Assembly (NCBI GenBank): GCA_002189035.1 | Contig: CM007989.1 | Span: forward strand, 7,192,001 to 7,256,000 | DNA: 64,000 bases | Origin: Utricularia gibba | Taxonomy: Eukaryota; Plantae; Magnoliophyta | Reading direction: 5' to 3' | Part shown: positions 39,351 to 57,055 of the stretch, piece after piece | Layout of the letters: the number at the start of each line of letters is the position of its first letter | How positions within the stretch are numbered: the first letter of the stretch is position 1 | The notes under the pieces: model-generated | Told to the model about the DNA's origin: nothing | Databases searched by the model: none | Seen by the model: the letters and a program-made list of their open reading frames with translations, nothing else | Made by a program: the position numbers and the translations under genes

Positions 39351-39617
39351 AAATAACATTTTATTTCTTGCAATAAATATATATATTAATTATTCTCTTT
39401 TATCCCAGAGCTGTTTTCACATTCCTTCTCATCGCTGCAAACCTTTTGCCCTTGGCCCTGAAAGGTATTTGTAATAAAAACCGTACCACAGACTTCAGAT
39501 AAAGAGTGATTAAGATTCAAAATACAAAATCTGATATACGAGAAACAGGGCCTAGTCTTACAAAATACCACAGATTAGCGTTTGAAGGGTAACAAAATCA
39601 GCTCTTTGGTCCACAGT

Positions 39618-40713
39618 TCAGGTGTTGGGGTGAGAGGCTGAAGTCCCCAATCCTTTGAAGTCTAGGTTGGAAGAGGATGGCATCTGGGGTTCAGAAATTT
39701 GCATTTGTTTGTCTTTGATGTCCTCCTGCACAGCCTGAAACAAAAGTATCCATGGTTCTACTCTTTGAAAGCACGGTCTTGGTAAGCAAATGCGTGGATG
39801 AGTATGGTGTTTTTCAAAATACCTGTAGGAGTTGTGTCATTCTCCCAGTTCCATAACTGAACAATGGATTTGAAGGAGAGTTTGATACAGGAGCATGTTC
39901 GGCCGGAAAGGCTACTCCAGAGTTGCTGGTATCTTCATTAGCTTCATTACCTGAATCATCATCGTCTCCAGAAGATTTAGACTCATCCTCCCATGTTTCT
40001 GAAGACATCAGATCATCAGCATCAGTAGATTCTGTTGATTCGGCCTTTTCTCCAACTACAGTGTTAGATGTGTCTTCATTGACATGCATGTTGGCATTTT
40101 GATGGCTTCCCTGGTGAACTTGGTTGCTAATAGGCCCAAGAAATCGTTGGCCAATGGCTTGATCTGGAGGAAAAACAGACAAAGGCTCGACATGGTGCAC
40201 ATCTTTGTCACCTTGAGGGGTCTGAGATGGATCTGGAAGCAGACTGGTTGAGCTCAGCACCTTGAAAGGAAAATCAACAGGTTGAAGCATGACAGGAAAT
40301 ATATTACCAAATGGATGAGCACACGCAGTTGGTTGTGGAGTTGCATTTCGGGGTTTCGTAATCCCGAGCTTTCGACGGCGAGACAGGCCTCGTTTTTCAG
40401 CTGGGAAATAGACATCATCCCTTCTGATCATTTCTAGGTGTGGAGCAATGTCATTTTCGGCAGTAACGGGAGAAAGATGTCCTGGCTTGAAAACAACACC
40501 CCTCAAACTTGTGGCTGAGTTGTCAATTCTAACGGCAAGCAAATAGCCATCATCAAAGGAGGCCTCTACAAAACCAGCTACAGTCCGGCCAACAACACAC
40601 TCTGTTTCATCAATTCCTTTCAGGTTAGGATCTTTCCGTGGATGGCTCCGCCTACGCTTTTCAGGAGGAACTAGCGGATCACTTGAGCTCTCACCTTGAA
40701 TGAATGGATTCAT
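39618..40713 (-). CDS. AT-hook-motif / Metabolic Network Modulator 1-like protein (exons 40713-39823, 39734-39618)
   Basis: VVGRTVAGFVEASFDDGYLLAVRI.N..T.LRGVVFKPG...PVTAENDIAPH..MIRR and the C-terminal GTGRMTQLLQAVQE motif. Confidence 0.8.
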
Positions 40714-42989
40714 TTCAAGAGTACTAAAAGGAACCTGCTAGTCTCCAGGGAAACACCATGAAATTATTCACTTGTATCCCAGATCTTTATATTCCTGCCA
40801 AAGAAATTAGAAGTTATCCTACAACTGCAAGCACAAAGGGATAAATACCATGGAGGAGGACACAGGAGATCTCTTCCACATAGCTACTGAACCAAGTGTT
40901 CATAAAATTAGGAGATCAGACTCTCAGACAACATCCTTAGAACATTAACAGACAAAAAAGATCTTGGAAAATTCTAACAAACCAGCAAAGAAAATAACAG
41001 CGTCGTAGGTACTGAAGTATACAAATCAGCAATGCCTTAAAGAGGAATATGTGCAAAGAACAGCCAGAAAACAGCGGATTAGAAACCTTATGTTCATTTT
41101 TGCGAAGCAAATGGATAGTCCAATTAGACAGCAGCAATCAGAACTTTGCATAAAAACTGTATCCAGTCACTGCCCCTAAACCCAAAAGACTGATCTAGCT
41201 TCACAAAAATAAATAGAAACTTATTGCAAGAGCTCAAGGAAGCTTATCCTGAATACGATCTTCGTAGATATCTGGCATATGCATACAATTGCAACGTACC
41301 ATGTTTATCATATGGTCAACACAAAAGCAAACTTTCAATTCAACAGAAACCAATAGCACACCTACAAAAAAATCCCAAGTACAATCATATGTTCATTTCA
41401 CTGAAGGAAACCAAATTTATAAAGAATTTTCAGGAATTCAGCTCGTCAATATTTTCATTCTGGGTGCACACACTGATCGCAAAACCTCATATTTACAAGG
41501 CTTAGTGCAATAATCCAAACTATTAGCGAAGTTTCAAAAATTAGACAGATCTCTCAACACCGTCAACGATCCAGAAAATACGCCATATATTCCAAATCAT
41601 ATAACAACAAACTATTCCCATCAGTTGCACCCACCTAGAATACTCCACGACATCTAGAAATGACTGTGATCGGTATCCTTCCAAATCTTTCAACACAGCT
41701 AGGATTACAATAGCACTGAAATCACAAAGAGGGAAAACCAAATATTAACCCATTCCCCTTCAGCGCAAGTCAGGGAAAGGGAAAATTACCCAAGAAAACG
41801 CTGAAGCTCATTCATTCCCCCAACACATAGCTTAAACCCATAGCAAACCCAACACTACCCACACTCTAAACCTTAAATTCAAGCATCCACCCGTAGAAAA
41901 CGAGAAAATAATCACACCCAAAACATTACAGTAAACGACAAAACGCCAAAGAACTTGCAATACCCAAGGCCGAGAATGCTTTGTCTGATGTAAGTAGCAA
42001 CCGTGCAAACAACCCCATCACCTCCTCGACGTGTAGAAGTGAAGCATCTGAAAGAACAGAAATCCGGCTGCGGGAACAGAAATCAAGTCGCCTAAAATTT
42101 GGGGAAAACACTTGCTATAAATATTTTCCTCTCCTCATAGAAATGTAATAACGGTTAAAAAAAGTTGTCATAATTCATTTCATTAGTTGTAGGAGAACTT
42201 TTTCTAAAAAAAAATAATAATAATTATCTAAATTTATATATTTTTAAATTCTAAATTTTGTTTTTAAAAAAATTCTTGTACACCAACCCAAAAATCTTAG
42301 CTTCAATTTGAATGAATTCAACCCTGAATTTTAAAACAATGAGGGCGTAAAGAGCATGGATTGGATCCAACTTTATGATGATGCAAGCACCGAGCAGAGG
42401 CTCGTTTGAGCGCAGGAGCGCAGGAGCGCAGCCTTCTCCGCCGACATCACCGAGCATGTGGTTCCCCTAATCAACTACGTTTAGATCAGTGTTGTTACAA
42501 GGGTGAGGGGTTTCTACTACAGTATCATCATGTAATCATCAAATACTGGTTGGGGGTTTATGGGAAGCAACCGTCATCAACAGTGTAGAAAAAAAGTAGG
42601 AGACCTTTACCAAGGCCAACAAAGCTAAAACCCAACCCGATGCAGCAGCCTGTGCTTTATCCAGGATTCCAGGAGTTGATGCAGAGCTCTTGCAGCAACA
42701 GCCTTTCATCCCAGACTTCCTTCTTCCTGCGTGTGAGGTTGTCTATCATCTTTCACAAAATACATGTAAAAAGAACCAATGGGCAAGCCACTCAGCATTG
42801 GTGCACACAGAGAGAAGGGATTTTTTTTAAAGAATTGAACTAAAAAAAAAAAGAGCAAGGAAGACCAGTGTTGCTGTGTGGAAGGTGTGTTGATGAAACT
42901 ACATTTCATCCACAGCCACAGCAAAATAAAAGGTTTTGGTGGCTTTCTAGTTGTCTCCCACAAAGAAGTTTTTGACTGAGCCACCGGCA

Positions 42990-43513
42990 TCAAGATTCAA
43001 AAAGAAAATCACGACAAGGGTTAAGTTTTTGTTTCACTTGCATTAAGGCTATCCAAGACAACGGATTTTCAACCTACAAGCTGAAAATCTCTAGAATCCA
43101 AATCCTAGTCTCTCAAACTAGCAAACAATCATGATGTATATCCAAGGGTTTGACTCAACAGCATTTCTTGGCAATGGTATTCCACCTCATTCAACACAAG
43201 AACCAAAATACTGACTCATACGAACCGCAGATGAAGGTGTGTCAGCGGTAACGACTGATTCAAGATTCGCAACGCGAGTATCCAACGACCTGAACCTCTT
43301 ATTCAGCTGCATCATCAAATCAACAAAAAAGGAGCATTATAGCGACATGTAATGGACGAAAACAGCATGTACGTGAGATCCAGAGTAGATTGTTACACTG
43401 GAAGCCATAGAATCGCGCTCGATCCATAGATCTTTGACGACGAATTGAGCAATTGCCGCAGAGGCGGAACCGAAACCTAAACTGAACCAGAATAACCTCG
43501 TTCGAATCAACAT
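42990..43513 (-). CDS. Small single-TM / coiled-coil protein of unknown function (exons 43513-43397, 43306-43226; last exon uncertain, probably from 43073)
   Basis: MLIRTRLFWFSLGFGSASAAIAQFVVKDLWIER..LNKRFRSLDTRVANLES resembles a small conserved plant family (MLRVRL.WF..GF...DLW.DR..F..LE.RV..LE). Canonical splice sites. Confidence 0.7.
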
Positions 43514-44231
43514 CGCCGTTCCCAATCTCCCTTCTCCCTCGGTATCCCAATTGTTCCCCCTGAGACCTCTTCATAAGGCTTATATTGCAGATTTTTTTAG
43601 TATTTTTCTAAAAAAGAAATTTATTTTACTATATAATAAGCAAAAACCAAAAAGAAAAAAAAAGAAAGAGAAAAAAAAGGTTTAATTTCCATTTGATTTT
43701 TTTTATTTGGTTTTGTAACGTTTAAACGTTTTGAAATGAACTAGAAGAGAAGAGCCCCCGCCTGCGCTACTCAAATCAAGCCCGTACTCAGCATCTTGGA
43801 TCTCTCTTCGAAATCAAATTCATCGTGATCCGAGGTCGTGTATGCGATGCTTTTTGTTGTTATTTTGGATTCTCGCGTTCACTTGGAATTTGGTGGATTC
43901 TATTCAAAATTGTTGATGGCTCTTTTTTTGTTTTAATCTGCAACCGATGGGAGATTTTTGAAAATCTGATGATCATTTCTTTTGTTGTTAACTTCGGTTG
44001 AGTAGAAGTTAAGGCTATGGAAGGGGTACTCGTGATCTTGGATTGATTATTAATGCCGGCGTTTAGTGTGTTCTTCATATTTTCGGAGGACTTTGTTGCT
44101 GAAAACGGTTACATTGCTTGTTGTGCTGTGTTCGACAATCATTGAGATTTGATCTTATTTTAAATGGCAGGCTCCGCAGTTGCTATCCAGCCATAGAATC
44201 CGCTGCTTGATTTTATTTGGAAGTCCTAGTC

Positions 44232-46097
44232 ATGAAGATTACCAAGCCGCTCAAGGAATTAAAGCTATCTGTTCCAAAACAAATTTCACCCATCTCAAGC
44301 TTTCTGTAAGCAAACCTTAAAAAGCAGCTATTTTTCCCAGTTGCAGTAGTGTGGGAGCTGATTCATATGTTTTTTTTCGTCTATTGTGTTGATAAAGGAC
44401 TGCCAGCGGTACCTTTCAAGATGGAGATTTATTGCTGAATCAAAAGGGTCTCCGACTCATGTCACAGGAGAAAGAAACCACTGTAGGTTTTCCAAATGCC
44501 TTGTACACTTGCTCAAATCTAATTATTTTATATAGAGAATGGTTATCTAAATCAGTCAAGCAAGAGCTGTTCGGTTTCTGATACATCTCTTGTTTATGGT
44601 TTATTAGCAATCAGGGAAGCCTCTAGATATGCAGTTCTTGTTGGAAGATCTTGAGACCGTCAAAGTTATTGGGAAGGGAAGTGGTGGCATTGTACAACTC
44701 GTTCGCCATAAATGGGTTGGGACCCTGTTTGCCTTGAAGGTTAAACCGGAGAATCCTTGTAGAGTTTTCGTGTGCGTTTGTCTGTGTGTTGATGTCGACC
44801 TTTTTGCGTGCGCTTCCTTGTTGTACTTTTTTGAAAAAAATGTCACTTCCAGTTCAAGTTCCTCTGCAGGTTATTCAGATGAATATACAGGAGGATATCC
44901 GCAAGCAAATTGTTCAGGAGATAAAAATAAATCAAGCATCACAATGTCCACATGTTGTGGTTTGCTATCATTCCTTTTACCATAATGGAGCAATTTCTCT
45001 TCTCTTTGAATATATGGATCGTGGATCGTTGGTTGATGTTGTCAGACAAGTGCACACAATTCTAGAGCCTTATCTTTCTGTTGTCTGCAAGCAGGTTATT
45101 TAATATCTCTCGCTAAAATTCAGTATCTTTTTCCTATTTATCTCCATTCTAGCTTTCTGGTGCTTATTTTCAGGTTTTACAAGGTCTGGTGCACTTGCAT
45201 CACGAAAGGCATGTGATTCATAGAGATATAAAACCTTCAAACTTGCTTGTGAACAGTGAGGGGGAAGTCAAAATTGCCGATTTTGGAGTGAGTACAATGA
45301 TGGCTAGTTCCATGGGCCAGAGAGACACATTTGTTGGGACTTATAATTACATGGCCGTGAGTACTCTAAATTCTTTCTCTAATGGAGGTTCACCTTTTAT
45401 AAATCTGTATCCTTAACAAGATCATGAATTACAACGCTCTTGTCCTTTTTCCTTGTGAAAAGCCTGAAAGAATAAGTGGGAAGACTTACGACTACAAAAG
45501 CGATATATGGAGTCTTGGCATGGTGATTCTTGAGTGTGCTGTTGGCCATTTTCCCTACAACAAATCTGAGGATCAACAAAGCAGCTTAAGCTTTTACGAG
45601 CTTCTGCATGCAATTGTTGGCGGTCCATCACCTTCTGCTCCACCAGATCAATTCTCTTCCGAATTCTGCTCATTTATCTCAGGGTGGTAAGGATATTTCC
45701 ATTTTCTTTCATGGTACACTCGAAAGGCATCGTAAGATCGATGATCAATGACCCTAGAGGTGGTTCCATGTTAGGGTGAATGGCTTCACTCACCACTAGA
45801 TTGCACCTTTGCATTGCAATATTACATTTTTTTGTCCTCCAGTCTTAAAAGTGTTTTCCAACAATGCAGCTTGCAGAAGGATCCTAAGGATAGATTGTCA
45901 TCCTTGGAACTCCTGGTCAGATGTTTCTTTCGTTCAATGCACCCATACCCCTCGTTTCCTCAAATTGCATACATTCAACTAACAAACTGAAGCATTACCT
46001 GCAGAGCCATGCCTTCATCAAGAAGTTTGAAGATACAGACATCAATCTCAGGACCCTTGTCTGCAGCTTAGAAACACCAGTGAACTTTTCAAGATGA
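44232..46097 (+). CDS. MKK6: MAP kinase kinase 6 (NQK1/ANQ1 cytokinesis MAPKK)
   Basis: [11 protein letters not shown] docking site, [34 protein letters not shown]...[20 protein letters not shown], and C-terminal LE.PVNF.R. Confidence 0.95.
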
Positions 46098-46993
46098 TTA
46101 CCCTTGTCTACATATCATCAACTTCAGGTTCAGGAAACTCTGCAAGTTGAACTCTATAAATCCTGAACTTTACGTGATCATGTTTTCTTACTCCCCTTGA
46201 TCTCCTACTATCTTCTAACCCCTGTCAGTTACATTGGACTGGTTTTCACAGGGTATACAAGTCTGCGGGATACATTGTACTACCACCGAGTGTCTGCTTT
46301 ATCTTACCTTCTTGCTTCAAGAAACTCAACAGATGTTACATTTTCCAGATGGGCATATCTGACTATCTCTTTTTGTGAGTTCTGTTGATAAATGTGTGCT
46401 GGTGGATTCCTGATGATGCAGTGAGTATTTCTGTAAGTTCTGTTTTCAATAATGAATTTTTTTAAAAATGAAAATAAAAATATTCAATAAAATGAATTAA
46501 AAATATTAAATAAAAATATGTTTTGTTGTAAAATAAGAAATTATTTTGTAGTACTTTGTAAATGAATTGAAATAGAAAAGTAAAAATGATATGATATAAA
46601 AAAATGATGAGAATAAAAATGAAAATTAATTCTCAAAATGATTTATTTTATATTAATATGTTATTTTCTAAAACAAGAGTTTATATTTTCATTCTGTGTT
46701 ATCATTTCATGGTTTTTTATTATAATTATTTTTATTATTACTCAAATAATATTTGTTAAATAACATACAGAAAAAGTAAAAAAAAAAAAACTAAAAATAG
46801 CTTATGATGGAGGTGTAATAACTCATAAGGAAATTCACGTTCAGAACTATCGCAGTTTTTGACCGAGTTGTGTTCCTGGATCCTGGCTGCGATTCGCTTC
46901 CTTGGCAGTCATTCTTCAGAATCCCTGCGTCAAACCCCAGTTTAGGTTTTATTTCTGTTGAAGCTTCCTTCTTCAGCACACATCGTTTCATCA

Positions 46994-51503
<4,510 letters not shown>

Positions 51504-51949
51504 GTCTGAGTGGGGGCCGGTTCAGAGGTCTGGAGTTTTGGGGTTTTGGCCAGCAAGCTGATATGGAGATTCAAGGGGTTGGTTGATGTCTGTCTTTTGT
51601 AGCATACAAGAGTGGGAAGTGTACAGGCACAAAGGAGAAGACGGAAGAGTCTGTGTATCCCTGCTTTCTGTGTGGTGAGATTTTCCCACTTCTTGATCTT
51701 AGACAATAGACATATACTTGTGTTATGCAGAGAGACACGATTTAGATTCAAGACTTCAAATGAAAACTGGAGTGATCTCCGTTTTGTGTCCAGCATTTCT
51801 AGAACATGAGATGATCATCCCAAGTTCCAGTAACCTACTCAAACCATCTGTCATTGCACAGAGTTGAAGATCCATCAAAGTTTGTTTCTGTCTATTGAAA
51901 GAATCGCATCAAAATCCAGCAGTTAACGCAGGAGTGCATAGATTCAGTC

Positions 51950-52385
51950 AAGCCCTTCTGCAATCTAGCCGCATTGTATTCACGTATCTGAATGCACAGG
52001 CCGTCGACTCTCCTCTCCGGTGAATCCGTGGGTTGTCGTCACCCTCGAACACTCTCATAGAGGCTGTAGCATCAATCCCGTCAGTTACTGCCCAGAAAGT
52101 TGTGAAATGACCCAAGGAAATGCTCGTAACCGCAGATTCAGACCTATGCAACGAGGTCATCGGCTTTGTAGGCTGCATCCAGCATCTCCTAGGTTATCAT
52201 TATAGTACCGGAGACTGCTCACCGTCGCGGAGGCTGGTATCGAATATGCAGACGTATTTGGGATCCGAAATGTACTCCAACCGAGTGACGGTGCAGCGCG
52301 TGCCGGGAATCCGGCGGCCGTGGGTTAATCGGCGAGCGCCCGCAAGCGATGGATGACGGCGGCCGTGACGGTAGAAGTCACGTCT
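51950..52385 (-). pseudogene. IPMS: 2-isopropylmalate synthase relic: start of the catalytic domain fused to the C-terminal regulatory domain
   Basis: RLEYISDPKYVCIFDTSLRDGEQSP(G)TIMIT*EMLD runs directly into AAYKADDLV ... AVTDGIDATASMRV. Both are IPMS motifs (DTTLRDGEQSPG.T.T.KEKLD; VD.AYKAVDLIV..AVTEGIDAIA.TRV). There is a frameshift and in-frame stops. Confidence 0.85.
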
Positions 52386-52446
52386 TTGACATTCCGAGTT
52401 CTTTTCGACCCAGGGGCGGATATTACAGCTCAAATTAGGGAGACAC

Positions 52447-52454
<8 letters not shown>

Positions 52455-52481
<27 letters not shown>
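52455..52481. repeat. (AT)n microsatellite, about 13 units
   Basis: Direct reading of atatatat... Confidence 0.95.
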
Positions 52482-52486
<5 letters not shown>

Positions 52487-53360
52487 TTATTTAAAATATT
52501 ACATTTTATAAATTCGTTTTAAGTTTTCAATAACATCATCATCATAATTATATTTTTTATGTAATTTCATTTTTAACATAAATTATTTATTGCCAATTAT
52601 TTTCTATTTTATTATATAATTTTGTCTTAATACTCTTCAAAACTAAAAATGCACGTTGAACGTTAAAGCATAAAATGTTTTAAATGAAATTCAAATTCAA
52701 AAATCTGTTGACTAATAAAATCTTATTAATTATATTTCTGTATCATTAGAGCAACTTTAGTGATTTCCGGAAATACTAACATGGATTTTAAGAAATCACT
52801 TTTATTTTTACGAAAATAATTTATTTGAATAAATTTTATGTCTCGTAAATCACTTTTATAAAACTCTATTTCCTTATGAAAACTCAATAAAGAAAATCAT
52901 GTCATCATTTGCGGAAATCAGTAAAAATGTTTTTATTCCATATTTCAACTATATAAAATGACTTAAAACAATTCTTGAAAATCGATATAATCATAAGAAT
53001 TAATAAATTCATCATATTTTCATTGAATCTAAGTTTTAATTCATACAACAATGTATCACTCGTAACTAAAAATATATCAATTCGATAATATATTTCGTTT
53101 GTAAAATGATAGGGAGGCTATTGCTCCCATTCTATTTACACACTTACGAACCGCCCCTGGTTCGCCCAGCCGTCACTAGTTAATGGTTTGAGAGTTGGAT
53201 GAGCTCAAAGACTGATTAGTCGAACAGATCTGAGATTTCCACATAACAAACAATCCCCCATCTTCGCTTCTCTTTGACTCTCTGTGAATAAATACTCGGG
53301 GTTTTGAGGAGTTTTCTCATCTTCATCCAGAAAAAGGTTGCCTTCCTGCTGATCGTAAAG

Positions 53361-55124
53361 ATGGCAGGTTCCAATTCCAGTCTCATCGTATCTTTCGGCG
53401 AGATGCTCATCGATTTCGTGCCCACCGTATCTGGAGTTTCTCTTGCGGAGGCGCCGGGATTCCTCAAGGCGCCTGGCGGTGCACCGGCGAACGTGGCCAT
53501 CGCCGTCGCTAGATTAGGAGGAAAAGCGGCATTCCTCGGAAAGCTCGGTGATGATGAGTTCGGCCATATGCTGGCGGGGATCCTTAAGGAGAATGGCGTC
53601 TCGGCAGCGGGAGTCAACTTTGATAAAGGCGCGAGAACGGCGCTGGCGTTCGTGACTCTACGCCACGATGGAGAGCGGGAGTTTATGTTTTACCGGAATC
53701 CTAGCGCAGACATGTTGCTCACTCCCGAGGAACTCAACGTGGATCTCATCAGATCTGTGAGTGACCTAACCTGAATTCTCTATCGGATTTGAATTCTCGA
53801 TCTCCATTTCGATTTCTCGGTTTGCGTCGATTGACGAGTTGATTGAATCGTTTGAAAATGTGCGGCGTCTGAATCTATCCGCCGTTCGTTTGGAGAAAAT
53901 TCTGCGACTGATTGTGCATTGTATTGTAGGCAAAAGTCTTCCACTACGGATCTATAAGTCTGATTGTCGAGCCCTGCCGATCAGCGCACCTAAAAGCGAT
54001 GGAGGTTGCGAAATCTGCCGGCGCTCTCTTGTCCTACGATCCCAATCTGCGGCTCCCTCTGTGGCCCTCAGCTGAATACGCCAAGGAGCAGATTCTCAGC
54101 ATATGGAACAAAGCGGATCTGATCAAGGTCAGTGACAACGAGCTTGAATTCCTCACTGGCTCCAACAAAATCGACGACGAATCTGCAATGTCCTTGTGGC
54201 ACGACAATTTGAAGCTCCTCCTCGTCACTCTCGGCGAGAATGGCTGTCGTTACTATACAAAGGTAGAATACCCCACCACTCATCGGCCTTCTCTTTTACA
54301 GATTTTTACCATTTTCACATAACCCTGCATGAAATCCCAACAACAATAGACGGTCCAATGTAGCTAAGAGATTCCTCCATTATGACCTGGAATCTAAGCA
54401 AGTTTTAGGCATATGTAGGTAAAAAAACATTCCTGATTTTCATTGCATTCTTGCACCGATGCTTTTTTGCTAGAGTCAGCTATCATCTGCATCATTGTAG
54501 ATGTTTGATTGAGATAATAAGCATGTGGGTAGGTAGCAGATTTACTTTTGGTTGTTGGGGTGAATGAATCGGCATAAATGAGGGAACTTGATGCAGACTT
54601 TCCGTGGATCAGTCCCTGGGTTCAAAGTTGAAACTGTGGACACAACCGGTGCTGGCGATTCTTTCGTAGGGGCCCTCCTCGCCAAGATTGTTGACGACCA
54701 CGCCATTATCCAGGTATCTGAAACCATACTATACGATCCATGTTTTTCAGTCAAAATATCACTATTTCGGTCGCCATACAATCGCCTTCACCATGGTTTA
54801 GATGTTTATCCGCATAATGGTTTCTGAATGCTGTTTGTTACGCTTTGAAACATGATGCTTAGCAGGTGTTTTTGGCTATGCAAAGTTCCATAGTTAGCCT
54901 TTTTTAGAAGTTATGCAGTAGCTACGCTTGGGACGAGGCGCGGGTGCTCAAGTACTAATGAAAATTCTGTTCTGTGGATGGTTGGTCAGGACGAGGCCCG
55001 GCTGAAGGAGGTCCTTAAATATGCTTGCGCCTGCGGTGCCGTCACGACGACGAAGAAAGGGGCGATCCCGGCGCTGCCCACTCCTTCTCAGGCAGATGCC
55101 ATCATCAAGGGAGCATCCAAATGA
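53361..55124 (+). CDS. FRK2: Cytosolic fructokinase, pfkB family (exons 53361-53756, 53930-54262, 54597-54713, 54990-55124)
   Basis: [62 protein letters not shown] and [11 protein letters not shown]. Confidence 0.96.
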
Positions 55125-55402
55125 GCTTTTTAACCCTGTGGCTCGCTCACTCGGTTAACCTTCGTGTCTCCCCCATGCGGTTCCCTTTCCTTTGGTTCCC
55201 AATAAGCGAAGCTGAAGCAGCTACAACGAAGTCCTTTTTCATGGAGGCGTGTGCTCATTGTTTCTTAACATCATTTAGGGAACCTTCTTCTCTAGCTTTT
55301 CGAACCAAAATGTTCCACATTAAGGAATTGGAAGACTTGAGCTTAAAAACACCACACTGAAAGTTCCCAATTGCCTGATCACCTTGTGGTGTGTGGTTCG
55401 TC

Positions 55403-56330
55403 TCAGCCAAGATCAGGAACTGTGAACATGTCTTCTTCATCATCTAGAATCTCGATTCTGGGCTTCTTGTGGACTGGATGATGATGATGATACTTGGCCT
55501 GTTTGTTACAGTTTGTGCTTTGAGGCTGATACGCTCTCAGCTCCGGTACTTCAGCAGCAGCTCCGGACTTCTGAGACACTTGTTCTCCGAAGAAATCAAT
55601 ATCCTTCAGCCATTCCAGCTCGTTCAGTTCCAACCCCCCCTGTAAATATCAGCATCCCATTAAGTTATATCCTTGTTTTGAAGCTATCTGCATGCATCAA
55701 ATTGCTACCTTTCCGGTGGAACCATGCTCTGGAAGCTGCGGCAAGTCGTCCACAGCCCACGACGCAGGCGCAAAGGAAGGCACTTGTTGCAGCGATGCTT
55801 TCGGGGGGTCCGGTTGCTGGTAGTGTTTACCAGTGTCGTCGCAGCCGCCGCCGCTGCTGGAGGCTACTCTTATTCCGGTAGCTAAAAACCTCTGATGCCC
55901 GGCTGCTCGCTTGTTGGCAGAGTGAATGGGCTCATCGCAGTCCTCGCAAAACAGCGCCCTGTCTTCTACACAGAAGATGAACGCAGACTTTTCCTGCAGT
56001 CACATACGACAACGATCATCATCAAGGAATTCGATACAATCACCAACTTATTGCTACTCATTCAGATCAGGAAAAAAAGGAGTCCGTCCTCCTCGAGCAG
56101 AATCGCCATAGAAACTAAGTTTTGGGAAGTGGGTAAGATTCAAGTACTTGGCAAATGTCGCAGCGTGGGAGGACATTCGAGAGGCTCTGGAGCAGCAGCC
56201 TCTGATGCTTACTAGCGAGCATGTTCGCCGCGTGGACTTCCACATCGCATGCGCCGCACAATGCGGCCTCGTCGGCACAGCAGATCACCGTCGCCGGCGC
56301 CTTCTCACACACATCGCACTGAATCTTCAT
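55403..56330 (-). CDS. BBX24: Double B-box zinc-finger protein BBX24/STO-like (exons 56330-56148, 55993-55709, 55639-55403)
   Basis: MKIQCDVCEKAPATVICCADEAALC..CD.EVH; second B-box CDICQEK.AFIFCVEDRALFC; COP1-binding VP motif EEDMFTVPDLG at the C-terminus. Confidence 0.93.
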
Positions 56331-57055
56331 CTCCCAGAAACCAAACACCAAATCCTCACAACCAAAAACCCCAAACCGATGCAAAAACAGCAGGACCCAA
56401 TAAAGAATCTAAAGCAGAACTTTAGTTTCGGTGGGCTAGAAATGAGTGGAGGAGGAGAAGTAATAGAAAAGGAAGCACTGGAATTGGAGATTCCGATAAT
56501 GATATGGATTTCACGAATCAAATACCAGAACACGAATGAGACACCGAGGTGGTGGGTGGTGACAATTGATTGTATGGCTGAGGATTGACCAAGGAACCGG
56601 CGGCCGGCGTGTCCGTACCTTCTCCATCGCGTGGTGCAGACTTCAAACCGGAACTTTCTCTCGGTTAAATTCGGGCCGTCGGATTTTCGCGATGACATCA
56701 ACGCCAAATGGTTGCAAGTCGTCACTTGGGGCCCACATGTTTCTTCTCCCCACATAGAAACTAATTTTCTATTTAGTTCCTTCATTAATTATATTATTGT
56801 TAAAAATTATATAAAAAGGTTATGGTATGGGCCGGCCTGCAAGCTCAAACCTGCCTTGACTTCTGGGCCTGAGTTTGATCGACTATGGGCTTTTCTTGAG
56901 CCTACACAGGCCCAATCAGGCTGTATCAGGAAGTATGGTGTGATTGGCATTTGGCAAAATCTGTATCTGCTCGAGTCGAGAGAGGCGTACCTTCGAGGCG
57001 GGAAGGCTTCTGTCCAGTTTTCTCCGGCGGCGGAAACAGTGACAAGGAGGAGACG

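Noticed and set aside
42980-43320. Partial miR172-like strings (GAATCTTGATG; GCTGCATCATCAA)
   Set aside because: Only 11-13 nt match, one is a splice acceptor, and no hairpin is evident.
45407-45420. GTATCCTTAACAAG inside an MKK6 intron, matching both U12 donor and branch consensus
   Set aside because: The intron has a normal U2 donor (GTGAGT) and the conserved MAPER junction needs the 45462 acceptor. Using the upstream AAG would insert 14 aa into the activation segment, so this is probably chance.
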